Source: an uncultured Pseudomonadota bacterium
GTDB lineage: Bacteria > Oederibacteriota > Muellerivitia > Muellerivitales > Muellerivitaceae
Assembly (NCBI GenBank): GCA_963836235.1
Contig: CAWIIP010000004.1
Coordinates: forward strand, 608,001-672,000
DNA: 64,000 bases
Direction of reading: 5' to 3'
In this document: positions 11,959 to 22,385 of the stretch, one piece after another
Layout of the letters: each line of letters begins with the position of its first letter
Position numbering within the stretch: position 1 is the stretch's first letter
The notes under the pieces: model-generated
What the model saw: only the letters and a program-made list of their open reading frames with translations
The model's database searches: none
Told to the model about the DNA's origin: nothing
Translations under genes and position numbers: made by a program

Positions 11959-12122
11959 TCATTAGAAAAAAGGCTTGCCCTCGAAAAAAGATGCCCGGCT
12001 GGACATTTTCCAATTTAGAAATTCAACCTTGGCCCTCCCTCCCGCGCCCGTTCCTATTTCCCCAATCCTATAATCCTTTCCATTCAAATAAAGCCTAATG
12101 GATTCCCAAGTCCAAGACGGAC

Positions 12123-13946
12123 TCAACCGAGTTTCGTCACCTCGTAAAGCTTCACGGGTTCCGAAAAACCTTTCAGGGGGACGGGTTCCAAGCTTCGCAC
12201 CTCCACAAGCCCCTTGAGTTTTCGGTACATGGAATCGGAGATTAAGACCTGGCCGGGGTTGGCTTTGGAGCAAAGCCGGGAAGCCAGGTTGACTTCCTCA
12301 CCGATGACCGTGTAATCGGTCCTTTTGTCGCTTCCCAGGTTCCCCGATACCACCACGCCGGTATTGATGCCGATGCCCATGGTGAGGGGTAGTTGGTTCT
12401 TAACCAGCCTTTTTAGGTTGAGCTGTTTCAAGGCTTCCTGCATTTCGAGGGCGCATTTGACCGCCCTTAATTCCTTATCTTCAAAGGGCACCGGCGCCCC
12501 CCAAACCGCCATGACGGCGTCCCCGATGAACTTGTCCAGGGTCCCTTCGTACTTGAAGACCACGTCCACCATTTGGGTGAAATACTCGTTGAGCTCGGCG
12601 ACCAATTTTTCCGGTGCCATGTTCTCACTGAAGGCGGTGAAACCCCGGATGTCGGTGAACATGATGGCGCAATCCCGTCTTTCGCCCGCAAGGGCTACTC
12701 CCCCTTCGGCGGAAAGGAGTTTTTTGGCCACTTGCGGCGCCATGTATTTGCCCAGGATATTCTTGACGTGTTCTTTCTCGGTCAAACCTAAGATCATTTC
12801 ATTGAAGGCGTTTCCCAATAACCCCAATTCGTCCCGGCTTTTGAGGTTCACCCTTACGTTCAAGTTGCCTTTTCCGACTTCCTGCACCCCTTTCAAAAGG
12901 GTGTTGACCGGGGCCGTAATACGTTGGGCGATGAAGAGGGCTATGCCAAAAGCGAATACCGTTCCCAACAAGCCCAGGAAGAGGATGGTTTGCTGGATGG
13001 TTTCCTGCACGGCCAGGGCCTTGTCTTGGGACCGCAATAAAACGTAATAGCCCGGCTGGGGGTTATTGACGACTCCAAAAGGAGAGAAAAGACAAAGGTA
13101 ATTTTCGTTGTTCAGCTTCAGGGCCGCGTTGATGGCGGCGTCGCCGGGGCTGGCGGGGGAGGAGGTGGAAACCAGGGGGGCCAAAGTCTGGGCCAGGGCG
13201 GGCATTTGCTGGAGGTTTTTAGTCGCGCCGAAAATCTTGCCCGCCACGTCAAAGGTGATTTCGCTGTCGGTCATGCGGTTCATCCCCGAGGCCAGGTCGT
13301 CGTCCAGGGCGAAACCCAAAAGAAGCGTCCCCAGGATACGGCCGCGGCTGGCGATGGGAAAGGCCACGGTCTGGAAGGCCATATCGGTTTCGGCCTTCTG
13401 CGGGTCATCGGGCTTGAGGGTGTAAAGGAATCCACCCCGGCTGGCGTCCCCCGCCAGGGCTTTTTTGATGTTGGGCCAGTCCCCGGCGAATTCCTCGAGG
13501 GGCTTTTCCTTGGCAGGGTCCGGCTCCCGGCCCTGCAAAAGCGCCAGGTTGACTTCGGGAATGTGAAAGGCGTCAAAAAGCACACGGCCTGTCCGGTCCG
13601 TGACGATAAAAAGCGGCACCCGCACGGTATGGTTCAAGTCCAAACAAAGTTCGGTGACCGTGGCGGCGATGGCATCGAATCTCGGTTCTTTCACGTCCAA
13701 GGCGGCGGTCAAGCGGGGCAGTCCGGCGATGAGGACGGCCTTATCGGCCAGGTTCTCCGACCTTTCATGGACGAAACTGTTGAAAACCACGTTGGTCCGG
13801 TTTAGGTCCGACTTCAGGGCGTCGATTCCGATCGGACGGAGACGGGCGTTGAGGGCCACCAGCACGCTGCCCATGAGGGCCGCCACTAAAAGGACGACGG
13901 CTAAAAGCAACTTGTCCCGGAGGCGGAAGAAAAAGGGGGGTTTCAC
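12123..13946 (-). CDS. Membrane-bound class III adenylate/guanylate cyclase (periplasmic sensor, HAMP, cyclase)
   Basis: Two TM helices, a HAMP motif (PVNTL..GV..VGKGNL..DELG.LG.AFNEM), and FTDIRGFT, DKFIGDAVM, GIGINTG, VNLASRL. Confidence 0.92.
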   Translation of the reverse strand: MKPPFFFRLRDKLLLAVVLLVAALMGSVLVALNARLRPIGIDALKSDLNRTNVVFNSFVHERSENLADKAVLIAGLPRLTAALDVKEPRFDAIAATVTELCLDLNHTVRVPLFIVTDRTGRVLFDAFHIPEVNLALLQGREPDPAKEKPLEEFAGDWPNIKKALAGDASRGGFLYTLKPDDPQKAETDMAFQTVAFPIASRGRILGTLLLGFALDDDLASGMNRMTDSEITFDVAGKIFGATKNLQQMPALAQTLAPLVSTSSPASPGDAAINAALKLNNENYLCLFSPFGVVNNPQPGYYVLLRSQDKALAVQETIQQTILFLGLLGTVFAFGIALFIAQRITAPVNTLLKGVQEVGKGNLNVRVNLKSRDELGLLGNAFNEMILGLTEKEHVKNILGKYMAPQVAKKLLSAEGGVALAGERRDCAIMFTDIRGFTAFSENMAPEKLVAELNEYFTQMVDVVFKYEGTLDKFIGDAVMAVWGAPVPFEDKELRAVKCALEMQEALKQLNLKRLVKNQLPLTMGIGINTGVVVSGNLGSDKRTDYTVIGEEVNLASRLCSKANPGQVLISDSMYRKLKGLVEVRSLEPVPLKGFSEPVKLYEVTKLG

Positions 13947-14686
13947 TTCCTCACCTGGTTTAAGGTGAGATTGACCTTTTTGGTTTTCCCCGCCTTTACC
14001 TTGACCTTAAAGTCTACCGGTTGCCAGTAATCGTGCCAGGCTTCCAGGGTATAGGTTCCTGGGGGGACGCCTTTTATCCGGAAGGTTCCACCTGGTTGCA
14101 CCACCGTGAAAAAGGGATTCTGAAGCACCAGGATATTGCTGGCCATCTTGGCGTGGATCTCGCAATAAAGCTTCACGGGAATTTCCACTTGGTTGAAGGT
14201 GACTGACTTGGTTTCTCCGTTTTTGCGCCGGCCCAGGTCGAACTTGGGATTTTCATGGGAGTTGGAGAAGACGTTGTGGTAAATGGGATCGTGATTAGTG
14301 AAATCCACCGTGGTGCCCACCAGGACGGGAAGGGCGTGGTGGGTGAATTGGGTGAATTTTTGGTCCAATTTGGCGTGGGCGAGGGGAGCATCCCAATGGC
14401 CGGGCACTTTCTTCAGGTACACCACGATTTCCTCGGGCAGGGGCGGGGCTTTGGGCATCGCCTGGCGATATTTATTGGAACCGCCGTAATCGTCATAGCC
14501 GTTGGAAGAAGAATTGTCCTCATCCATGGCATCGTGCGTTTCGATCTCCTTGCGGGCGGGAGCAGTCACACTGACAGTGCCTTCGATGATTCCCGTGGAA
14601 TGGGCCCAAATCGGGGAATAGGCAAGGTTTCCCAGGGCCAAGATACCCCAAAAGCCGACAAGATGTTTTTGGATGGAACCTCTCAT
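13943..14686 (-). CDS. Secreted cupredoxin-like / carboxypeptidase-regulatory-like domain protein
   Basis: Signal peptide; HNVFS...FDLG...YCEIHAKM provides His/Cys/His/Met ligands; C-terminal VPPGTYTLEAWH. Its stop overlaps the cyclase start (GTGA). Confidence 0.8.
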   Translation of the reverse strand: MRGSIQKHLVGFWGILALGNLAYSPIWAHSTGIIEGTVSVTAPARKEIETHDAMDEDNSSSNGYDDYGGSNKYRQAMPKAPPLPEEIVVYLKKVPGHWDAPLAHAKLDQKFTQFTHHALPVLVGTTVDFTNHDPIYHNVFSNSHENPKFDLGRRKNGETKSVTFNQVEIPVKLYCEIHAKMASNILVLQNPFFTVVQPGGTFRIKGVPPGTYTLEAWHDYWQPVDFKVKVKAGKTKKVNLTLNQVRK

Positions 14687-14973
14687 AACTCTCCTTGAAG
14701 GATGGACTAATCGACACTTGATTATAGTAGAAAGGCGAGGTTGAAAGTTACCGTGGTGTATAGAGAAGGGTGATTTAAGAAATGACGGACGGCGATGGAG
14801 TGGAAAAGACGGGGGAGGCCCCTATAATGTGCAAAATTCCCTGGTGGTGTTTTCAAGAAAAGCCATCCAAGCAATGTTGGTGATCAGGAATGGTTCGAGT
14901 TATCCCGAAAATTGTAACTATTCACCAGTTTCTCCGATATATGGCAAATGTTAAATCGTGGAGGCTTAAAACT

Positions 14974-16245
14974 ATGGAAAAGCGCACCGGTTTCCGTCTT
15001 TTCCCTTTTGGTTGCTGCCTATGGCTTCTTTCGGTAAGTGCCCCCCTTTGGGGCCAAACCCCTAGCGGTGACTCCGCGGATAATACCCCCAAAAGATCGG
15101 TGAATTTGAGCGACCAGCAATTCTCCAGCATTGACCAGGCTTTGCCTGTCACCGCGATGGCCGATAACTTGGGCCCCTTGGCCAACAGCCTGAAGCTCAG
15201 CGGTTTCACCAACGCCGGGTATGTGATAACGGGCCGGGATGGCGCCGAACCCAACGGGCATTTTTACGCCGGGGAGAGGCTCTTCGGGGCCGGCATTTTC
15301 CTGAACGCCCAGGTGGACAAAACCGTCTCGGTTTACAACGAGTTGTTCTTATACAACCAGGCGGTCACGATGAAAGAGCTTTATGTTCAATTCAAAGACC
15401 CCTTCCAGACCGGGAACCTCTTGAGTTTCCGGGTGGGCCGGATCGACCTTCCTTATGGTGACGAATACTTGTGGCAGTACCCCATGGATAACCCGATGAT
15501 TCTGCGGACCGCTGAATGGGTTTGGGGGTTCAGCCAAGGTGTTCTAGTGTTTGGCCATTCGGGTGCTTTAGGCTGGCAGGCTTCCATCACCGATGGCTTG
15601 TCTACCCCGAACCTCGACCATGACGACAGCACCGACAAGTCTCTCAATGCCAAGCTGACTTTCAATCCCGATAGCGGGCTTCATTTCGCTTTAAGCGGTA
15701 TGGATGGAGGAAACCACGCCGCATCCAACCTGAATTTTGACGGTGTGGATATCACGCCTGTTGGTTCATTACCGGTTTCTTCCGTAATGGGCGTCGGTCC
15801 CAGCGCCATGGTGGATTTCAAGGCTTGGCAGGGGGACGCGCGCCTCAAATTTGGACCTCTACGATTGATGGGCGACTATGGAATGGTTTATATCGAGGAC
15901 GTTTCTCCTTTCTCCCGAACCCTGTCCTATTACTTTGGGGAGGCCAAGCTGGACCTCACAAGGGAGCTCTACCTTTGCGGCCGCTACAGTGCCATCGGTA
16001 CTTTTAACAGCAATGAAGGATATACGTTCGGCGGGGATTACGACAACGGGACCGATTACGGCTATGACGTGGAGTCCTTTTCGAGGGTCGGGGGAGCCAT
16101 CGGCTACAAGCTCGGCAAAAATACCATTTGGAAAGCGGAAGTGGACAACGATAGGGTCACTTTGATCAATCCCGCCATCGGTAAGGATCCGAATCCGGGC
16201 ACCAGCCGCTACACCCTGGCCACCGAAGTGGACGTGAAATTTTGA
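14974..16245 (+). CDS. Outer-membrane beta-barrel / porin-like protein
   Basis: RBS ggagg, signal peptide, amphipathic strands, RVGRIDLPYG motif and a terminal Phe (EVDVKF). Confidence 0.75.
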   Translation: MEKRTGFRLFPFGCCLWLLSVSAPLWGQTPSGDSADNTPKRSVNLSDQQFSSIDQALPVTAMADNLGPLANSLKLSGFTNAGYVITGRDGAEPNGHFYAGERLFGAGIFLNAQVDKTVSVYNELFLYNQAVTMKELYVQFKDPFQTGNLLSFRVGRIDLPYGDEYLWQYPMDNPMILRTAEWVWGFSQGVLVFGHSGALGWQASITDGLSTPNLDHDDSTDKSLNAKLTFNPDSGLHFALSGMDGGNHAASNLNFDGVDITPVGSLPVSSVMGVGPSAMVDFKAWQGDARLKFGPLRLMGDYGMVYIEDVSPFSRTLSYYFGEAKLDLTRELYLCGRYSAIGTFNSNEGYTFGGDYDNGTDYGYDVESFSRVGGAIGYKLGKNTIWKAEVDNDRVTLINPAIGKDPNPGTSRYTLATEVDVKF

Positions 16246-16270
16246 TATTTAATTTTTCGGAGGATATGAA

Positions 16271-17008
16271 GTGCGGAATATGAACTGGATCGGGCGGGTA
16301 TTAAATTTCTTTCGAGGGCCAAAAACCCTAGCCTTTCTTATCCTGGTCCTTTTCGCGGAGTCCTGCCCCTCCCTTCTCTTGGCCGAGGAGGCCATGCTTT
16401 CGGGGGAAGTGACGATTCTAGATAGAAATCATCGGCCCCTTTCGGATGCCTCGAATGTGGTGGTGTTTCTTGACACCGTAAAGGGGAACCAAGGCTTCAA
16501 GCCGCCCCTTCAAAACCCCGTCCTGGCTTCACAGGATATGAGTTTTGTCCCCCCGGTCCTTTGCGTCCTGGCGGGATCCACGGTGGGTTTTCCCAATAAG
16601 GACGACATGTTTCATAACGTCTTTTCACTGTCAAAAACCAAGGCTTTCGACCTGGGGCTTTATGGCCCGGGGCAGGAAAAAACGGTGACGTTCGAAAAAA
16701 CCGGCCTAGTCAAGATTTATTGCAATATTCATGAAAACATGAAGGCTTATATCCTGGTTTTGGGGAACCCTTATTTCACCCTTACCGGCAAGGATGGCCG
16801 CTACCGTTTAAAGGATGTTCCTCCGGGAACCTATGCGCTGGTTTGCTGGTACCACGGTCCCGAAGGGAAAGAACAAATCGTTACCCAGGACAAGTGGGTC
16901 ACCGTGGGACCCAAAGCCGCGTCCCCGGTTGATTTCGAGTTTTCCATAGGCGGGGCTGGTTCCCAACACAAGAACAAATGGGGAATGTATTACGACGATA
17001 CTTATTGA
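16271..17008 (+). CDS. Second secreted cupredoxin-like / carboxypeptidase-regulatory-like protein
   Basis: HNVFS..FDLGLY..YCNIHENM; paralog of 13943-14686. Confidence 0.8.
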   Translation: MRNMNWIGRVLNFFRGPKTLAFLILVLFAESCPSLLLAEEAMLSGEVTILDRNHRPLSDASNVVVFLDTVKGNQGFKPPLQNPVLASQDMSFVPPVLCVLAGSTVGFPNKDDMFHNVFSLSKTKAFDLGLYGPGQEKTVTFEKTGLVKIYCNIHENMKAYILVLGNPYFTLTGKDGRYRLKDVPPGTYALVCWYHGPEGKEQIVTQDKWVTVGPKAASPVDFEFSIGGAGSQHKNKWGMYYDDTY

Positions 17009-17194
17009 TTAGGACTCTTCCGATTTTGGGGTAAAGACCTCATTTAAGTAGGCACCAACCCCTTTACCTATCTCTTTTAACTGTCGATAGGGCGCAAAAA
17101 TACTTTTTCAGCACCCATAAATGCGATGGTTCATATGGCTTTTTATTTCAGCTACTATATAATTTCATTTCCTTAATCTTTTTCCGGAGAAATT

Positions 17195-18718
17195 ATGTTC
17201 TCGTTGATTCAATTCCGTAAGAAGGGTTGCTTCTGGATCCTTCCTTTTTTACTTGGAACTTCCCATGTTTTGCCGCAAACAACCGGGAGTGCTTCCAACT
17301 TCAACCTTCCAGTCGTGGAAAAAGTCCTCAAGAACGGTCTGCGGGTATTGATCGTCGAACGACCGGGCGTCCCGGTAGTTTCTTTCTCCTTTATGATGCC
17401 GGTGGGGGCCCAGGACGCTCCCAAAGGCAAGACAGGGCTTCCCCATATGCTGGAACATATGATGTTCAAGGGGACGGAAACGATCGGCACTAAGGACTAT
17501 CAAAAGGAAAAACCGATACTCGAACAAATGGACCGGGTCGCCGTTGAGATGAACGAGGAAAAGGCTAAGCTGGAGCCTTCCCCTGACCGTTTGAAGGAAT
17601 TGACGGAGGAAATGAAAAAGCTCGAGGAGAAACATCATATGGTGGTGGTGAAAGACGAGCTTTCTTCCATTTATACGCTCAATGGCGGGCAGAGCTTGAA
17701 TGCCTGGACCAGCCAAGACGTTACCAACTATCACATTACCCTTCCAGTAAATAAGGTTTTGCTTTACGCCACCGTTGAAAAAGACCGCTTGAGTCATCCC
17801 GTATTCCGCGAGTTTTATTCTGAAAGAAACGTGGTGGCCCAGGAGCGCCGCTGGCGAACCGAATCCAGCCCTGAGGGGAAGCTGGACGAAGCCTTGGAAT
17901 CCACCGCCTTTGTGGCCAGCCCTTATCGTGATCCCGCTATTGGTTGGATGTCCGATATTTTCAAGCTGACTCGGCCTGATGCGGTGGCTTTTTACAGGCA
18001 ATCCTACCGCCCCGATCGGGGCGTTTTGGCCATCGTGGGGGGGATTAAGGCAAAAGAAATCATTCCCATTTTGGAAAAGACCTTGGGTACGGTGCCTAAT
18101 CCAAAAATAGCGCCCCTGAAGCAGGATTGGACCCAGGAGCCTCCTCAGGAAGGCCAAAAGACCGTCCATGTTCAATTTGATTCGGACCCCATCGTCATGA
18201 TGGGGTGGCATATGCCCAACTTCCCCCACAAAGATTCGGTCGCGCTGGACGTTCTCTCGACCATCCTGACCACGGGCAATACCTCCCGGCTGACAAAAGA
18301 CCTGATTTTTGGAAAAAAGATGGTGACCTCCATTTCCGCTTCCACGGGTTATCCCGGTGACAGGAGTCCGAACCTTTTTACAATGGAATTCACCCCTGCA
18401 CCCAAGCAAGATTCGGACGCTGTGATTGCGGCCATTGACGGTGAAATAGCCGACATCCAAGCGAAAGGGATCATGCCGGAGGAATTGGAAAGGGCCCGCC
18501 GGAACGCGGAGTCCTCATTCCTTTGGGGAAAAACTTCCACATCAGGTTTGGCCCAAGACCTGGCTTATAACCAGGCGGTTCACGGGGACTGGCGGTACCT
18601 AGTGAAATACCTGGAGATGGTCCGGGCGCTGACCTCCAAAGACATCCAAAAAGTCGCCACTCAATACCTGGTTTCCAGCAACCGGACGATCGCTTATTTG
18701 GATAGGCCCGCCAAATGA
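17195..18718 (+). CDS. M16 family zinc peptidase, catalytic subunit
   Basis: HXXEH (HMLEHMMFKG), NAWTSQD, ERNVVAQERR; signal peptide. Confidence 0.93.
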   Translation: MFSLIQFRKKGCFWILPFLLGTSHVLPQTTGSASNFNLPVVEKVLKNGLRVLIVERPGVPVVSFSFMMPVGAQDAPKGKTGLPHMLEHMMFKGTETIGTKDYQKEKPILEQMDRVAVEMNEEKAKLEPSPDRLKELTEEMKKLEEKHHMVVVKDELSSIYTLNGGQSLNAWTSQDVTNYHITLPVNKVLLYATVEKDRLSHPVFREFYSERNVVAQERRWRTESSPEGKLDEALESTAFVASPYRDPAIGWMSDIFKLTRPDAVAFYRQSYRPDRGVLAIVGGIKAKEIIPILEKTLGTVPNPKIAPLKQDWTQEPPQEGQKTVHVQFDSDPIVMMGWHMPNFPHKDSVALDVLSTILTTGNTSRLTKDLIFGKKMVTSISASTGYPGDRSPNLFTMEFTPAPKQDSDAVIAAIDGEIADIQAKGIMPEELERARRNAESSFLWGKTSTSGLAQDLAYNQAVHGDWRYLVKYLEMVRALTSKDIQKVATQYLVSSNRTIAYLDRPAK

Positions 18719-20136
18719 AAAATCTATCCCTCAAGTTTCTTCTGTTCTTTACGGCACTTTTCCTTTGGGGTGCAAATTCCGAGCTTTTCGCGATACCCCC
18801 TGTCGTGCCGGAAACGGCTCCTTTGGAGATTCAAATTCCACAGTTTGACGTCAAGATGCTTTCTTGCGGTTTAAAAGTGATATTCCTGAAAAATGATGAG
18901 ATGCCGCTGGTTTCAGCCAATCTTTCGGTTCCAGGTGGGGATTCCGTGGATCCGGAAGGGAAGGAGGGTTTGTCGGCCCTGATGAATGCGACGCTGCGCG
19001 ACGGGGGAGCTGGAAAACTTTCTCCCGAAGAATTTGACGAGGCATTGGAAAATCGCGCGGCTTCCATGACGGCCTCGGCCGATCACGAATCCTTCACCGC
19101 CGGGTTTAACTGCCTGGCGGGCGACTTTTCGGAAATCCTCAAGCTTTTCGCCGATATGGTGCTTTATCCCCAATTTGATTTAAAACGCCTGGAAACCGCC
19201 AAATTAGACGCCATCGACGGACTTCAGCGCCTGGAAGGGACCCCGGATGAATTAACCCGGGTCACTTTCGTGAAAGCCTTGTTCGGCGGAAGTCCCTATG
19301 GCCGATGGGCCAGCCCCACCAGCGTGCAAAAGATCACCCGGGATGACGTGGTGAATTATTTCCAAAGCCATTACGGACCCCAGGGTTCAGTTTTGTCCGT
19401 CGCCGGAAATTTCGACGAGGACGCGGTTTTGAACCAGTTGGAATCCCTCTTCTCTGGTTGGAAAAAACAAGAAACGATGGCTCCAGTGGGCGATTCGAAG
19501 CCGTTGGGGCCCGCCATCTATTTTTTTCCGAAGGACGTGAGCCAGGTGTTCGTCCGCTATGGGGTTTTGGGATTGAAACGACATGATCCCCGGGACATTC
19601 CGCTCCAGGTGGCCAATTACATTCTGGGCGGGTCGGGTTTCACCTCTCGCCTGATGCACCAGATCCGTTCGGACCGGGGCCTTGCTTATTTCGTGGACAG
19701 CGTGGCGATGCCCTATAACATCAAGGGGCTATTCGAGGTCATCGGAGGCACCCGGCCCGATTCCGTAAAGGAATTCCTTACCGTCATGTTCCAAGTGCTG
19801 GGGGATTTCGCCAAGGACGGCCCGACCCTGGAGGAATTAAGCCAGGCCCAGCGGTCCATGGTGGAGGAATTCGCCTATAACTTTGAATCGCCCTATACTC
19901 TGGTGTCCTATAAAGTCTCCCTGGATTTTCACGGCTATCCCGACGATTACCTTTCCACCTACAGGGATAAGGTCAAGGCCGTCACCCGCGATGAGGCCGC
20001 CCAGGCTGCGGGAGATATGCTTTCTCAAAAGGATTGGGTCATGGTGGTTTGCGGTCCGGCCGCTTTGGAACAGGAATTATCATCCTTCGGAAGGGTCGTT
20101 AAGGTCACCAACATCTTTGAACCCCTTAGAAAATAA
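18715..20136 (+). CDS. M16 family peptidase, non-catalytic partner subunit
   Basis: Lacks HXXEH; has LGGSGFTSRL..IRSDRGLAY (R/Y pair); ATGA overlap with the upstream gene. Confidence 0.9.
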   Translation: MKNLSLKFLLFFTALFLWGANSELFAIPPVVPETAPLEIQIPQFDVKMLSCGLKVIFLKNDEMPLVSANLSVPGGDSVDPEGKEGLSALMNATLRDGGAGKLSPEEFDEALENRAASMTASADHESFTAGFNCLAGDFSEILKLFADMVLYPQFDLKRLETAKLDAIDGLQRLEGTPDELTRVTFVKALFGGSPYGRWASPTSVQKITRDDVVNYFQSHYGPQGSVLSVAGNFDEDAVLNQLESLFSGWKKQETMAPVGDSKPLGPAIYFFPKDVSQVFVRYGVLGLKRHDPRDIPLQVANYILGGSGFTSRLMHQIRSDRGLAYFVDSVAMPYNIKGLFEVIGGTRPDSVKEFLTVMFQVLGDFAKDGPTLEELSQAQRSMVEEFAYNFESPYTLVSYKVSLDFHGYPDDYLSTYRDKVKAVTRDEAAQAAGDMLSQKDWVMVVCGPAALEQELSSFGRVVKVTNIFEPLRK

Positions 20137-20188
20137 ACCCTTTTAAATTTAAAACTTATTCATTAAAATTAGCGTCCTTCAAAGGTAA

Positions 20189-20263
20189 GGCCCCATCGTC
20201 TAACGGTTAGGACGGATGGTTCTCAGCCATTAAATCGGGGTTCGATTCCCCGTGGGGCTACCA
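20189..20263 (+). tRNA. tRNA-Glu (anticodon CTC)
   Basis: Acceptor stem GGCCCCA/TGGGGCT, anticodon stem GATGG/CCATT with loop TTCTCAG, T-arm CGGGG-TTCGATT-CCCCG, encoded CCA. Confidence 0.96.
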
Positions 20264-20352
20264 TTATTTTGAAGCGGGACAAGCGTTTCGGAAATTGCTA
20301 ACCCCAATTTCGCCCTGATCTATTTTTATTTTTTTGATTTCAGGTACACGGA

Positions 20353-20841
20353 TTATTTCTTAATCGACTCTAGAAAACCTTCAATTCCGACAGAATCCAG
20401 GAATTCCAACCCGCTTATCTTGCCCTTGGACCAAACCACCTTGGCTGGGACATGAACCTCTTTTTTCCCTGGAAATTTAAATTCAAGGAGAAACACATTA
20501 GCGGTGGAAAGAGAATCGGGAGTTTCAACGCAAACGCCTTTTTTGCTAAGATTCTTGACGCCTCCTAAAATGGGCTGGCGAGAGAATGTCGGTCTCAAGA
20601 GGTAGGCCAACACTTTTGGATGTATGCTTAAGCGAGGGGTAGACCTTGGGTCATTGGTTTCAGGGGTCTGTTTTTTCCCTAAGATGTGTTGGATCCAATG
20701 GTTTACAAAGAGCTTTTGGAGGTTGGCTTTAATTTGGAACTTTTCGCTTAATTTTGGGAGCCAAAGGAAAGCCGGGTAGAAGAATTTATCGTTCTTGCGC
20801 TTAGGCAGAGATTGGGAGGACTGGATAAGGTCAGAATGCAT
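20353..20841 (-). CDS. PilZ-domain protein
   Basis: RSTPR (RxxxR), NLSKKG (D/NxSxxG), KVVW and GLEF. Confidence 0.8.
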   Translation of the reverse strand: MHSDLIQSSQSLPKRKNDKFFYPAFLWLPKLSEKFQIKANLQKLFVNHWIQHILGKKQTPETNDPRSTPRLSIHPKVLAYLLRPTFSRQPILGGVKNLSKKGVCVETPDSLSTANVFLLEFKFPGKKEVHVPAKVVWSKGKISGLEFLDSVGIEGFLESIKK

Positions 20842-21180
20842 AGAATCGCTCCGAAAAATGGAGATAAAATGGGAACACGAATCATAGATTCGAGAATTTC
20901 TTAAACATTTTTATGTTTTTTTAGTGAACATTCAATAGGATTGAATTACCAAAACCAGAGACCCTTTGAATAGAAAATGTGGTAAGTTCTTTGTGAGTAA
21001 GATTGATACTTGTTTGAACGTTGTAACCTAAAATGTTACTAGGATTCTCCAAATTCGTAATATCGTCGAAATTGCCGACAATTTTTTACAAACTATCGTA
21101 TGGGAAACTACAATGGAAGGAGTTCTTGGATTGAATGTGTTTTCCCGATAAACCGGGAAAGGCCGGAAAGGAGAAAAGGA

Positions 21181-21552
21181 ATGGCTGAAGGAAACATGTT
21201 CCTGGATAAGAGAGAGCACTCCAGAGTTTTGGTAAAACTTCCCGTTACTTTTAAAGTGGTTGATGAAAAGCTAAAGGACAAGGCTCTTCATAACATGGGG
21301 GAGCATCAGAGAGACGCCGAAAGCTGGGACACGAGCTTGGGTGGTATGTATATTATTTCAAAAGAAACTTTGAAGCCGCAGGATCGTTTAAATCTTAAAA
21401 TCTCCCTTCCGAAAAATGAAACCCCATTAATGGTTTTAGCTGATGTGGTTTGGGCAGATCGATCGGGGGCTGGTCTTCGTTTTGTTGCAATGAAGGAAGA
21501 GGATATTCAAGTGTTGGAAGCTTATTTAAAAGACCTTTCGCCAGAAGACTAA
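21181..21552 (+). CDS. PilZ-domain protein
   Basis: REHSR, DTSLGG, DVVW and GLRF; RBS aagga precedes ATG 21181. Confidence 0.88.
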   Translation: MAEGNMFLDKREHSRVLVKLPVTFKVVDEKLKDKALHNMGEHQRDAESWDTSLGGMYIISKETLKPQDRLNLKISLPKNETPLMVLADVVWADRSGAGLRFVAMKEEDIQVLEAYLKDLSPED

Positions 21553-22385
21553 TTCCATCAGAAATAAATCATCTCGCGTAATTTTCAACCGCCTATTATT
21601 CAAAAAACTATTTTCATCGCTACTATTGTTTGTTCAAACGGAAAGAATGTAATTCTTCTCAATTGCGCTTAGTTTCGCTCCAGCGCGCTTTATGGTTGAA
21701 CATTCATGTTTTTTTGAATGGTATTTTCTGGAAATTTTCGGAAATCCTCATAACCACCTATTTTGGCTTATGACGCGGTAACTATTCACGAATCACAAAA
21801 TTACTGGCCATTAAAGTTTGTTGCCTTCCTAAAAGCATTTAGCGAATATCCTACCTTTCGAAAATTAGAAACAATGAAGGATTTAAATTATTAAAGAAAC
21901 TTAATTTAAATAACTTTAGGTAAACGCTTTCAAAAAATGACTTATAAAAAAACTGGTTGTTCCCTTTAACCTGGCTTCTAATCATAGTAAAAATGAAAAA
22001 TAAAAGCGTTGTTCATCTTGCGCGTAACATTAGCTGGAAATTTCAAGCTATTATTTGTGTGTCGATAAAAGATTCCAGTTAGCTGGTTTTAAGTTGTTCC
22101 GTGGCTGTTCCGCATGAAAGTTAGTTCTGAAGTCATAGCCGTTCATTGCCTTGGACGGCTCCTAAATCCAAAAATAAATTCGCCAGACATTGTTGGGTTA
22201 CTCGAAAACTGAATCAAGCTTTCCACTTATTTTAGCTAAGGGGATTGCTTGAAAGTTAAGCGAGTTGAATAAATTGTCGATTCCCGCTTGGATTCGCGAA
22301 AAGTTAAACCTCTCAGCCGTATCTTTTTGCGAAAGATTAAAAACGATTTTAGGAAATTGCAAACAAACTTTGGAGGCATAAAACC

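Noticed and set aside
17249-18460. 403-aa minus-strand ORF
   Set aside because: It lies entirely opposite the well-supported M16 peptidase and has no recognisable motifs.
22278-22287. Possible att copy of the tRNA-Glu 3' end (tcgattccc)
   Set aside because: Only ~9 bp match, which is expected by chance, and no integrase is nearby.
21553-22385. Riboswitch or ncRNA in the long intergenic region (also 31044-31727)
   Set aside because: No recognisable conserved motif or strong structure by eye. TTTCnnGAAA-like palindromes occur but are unconvincing in AT-rich DNA. An Rfam scan would be needed.
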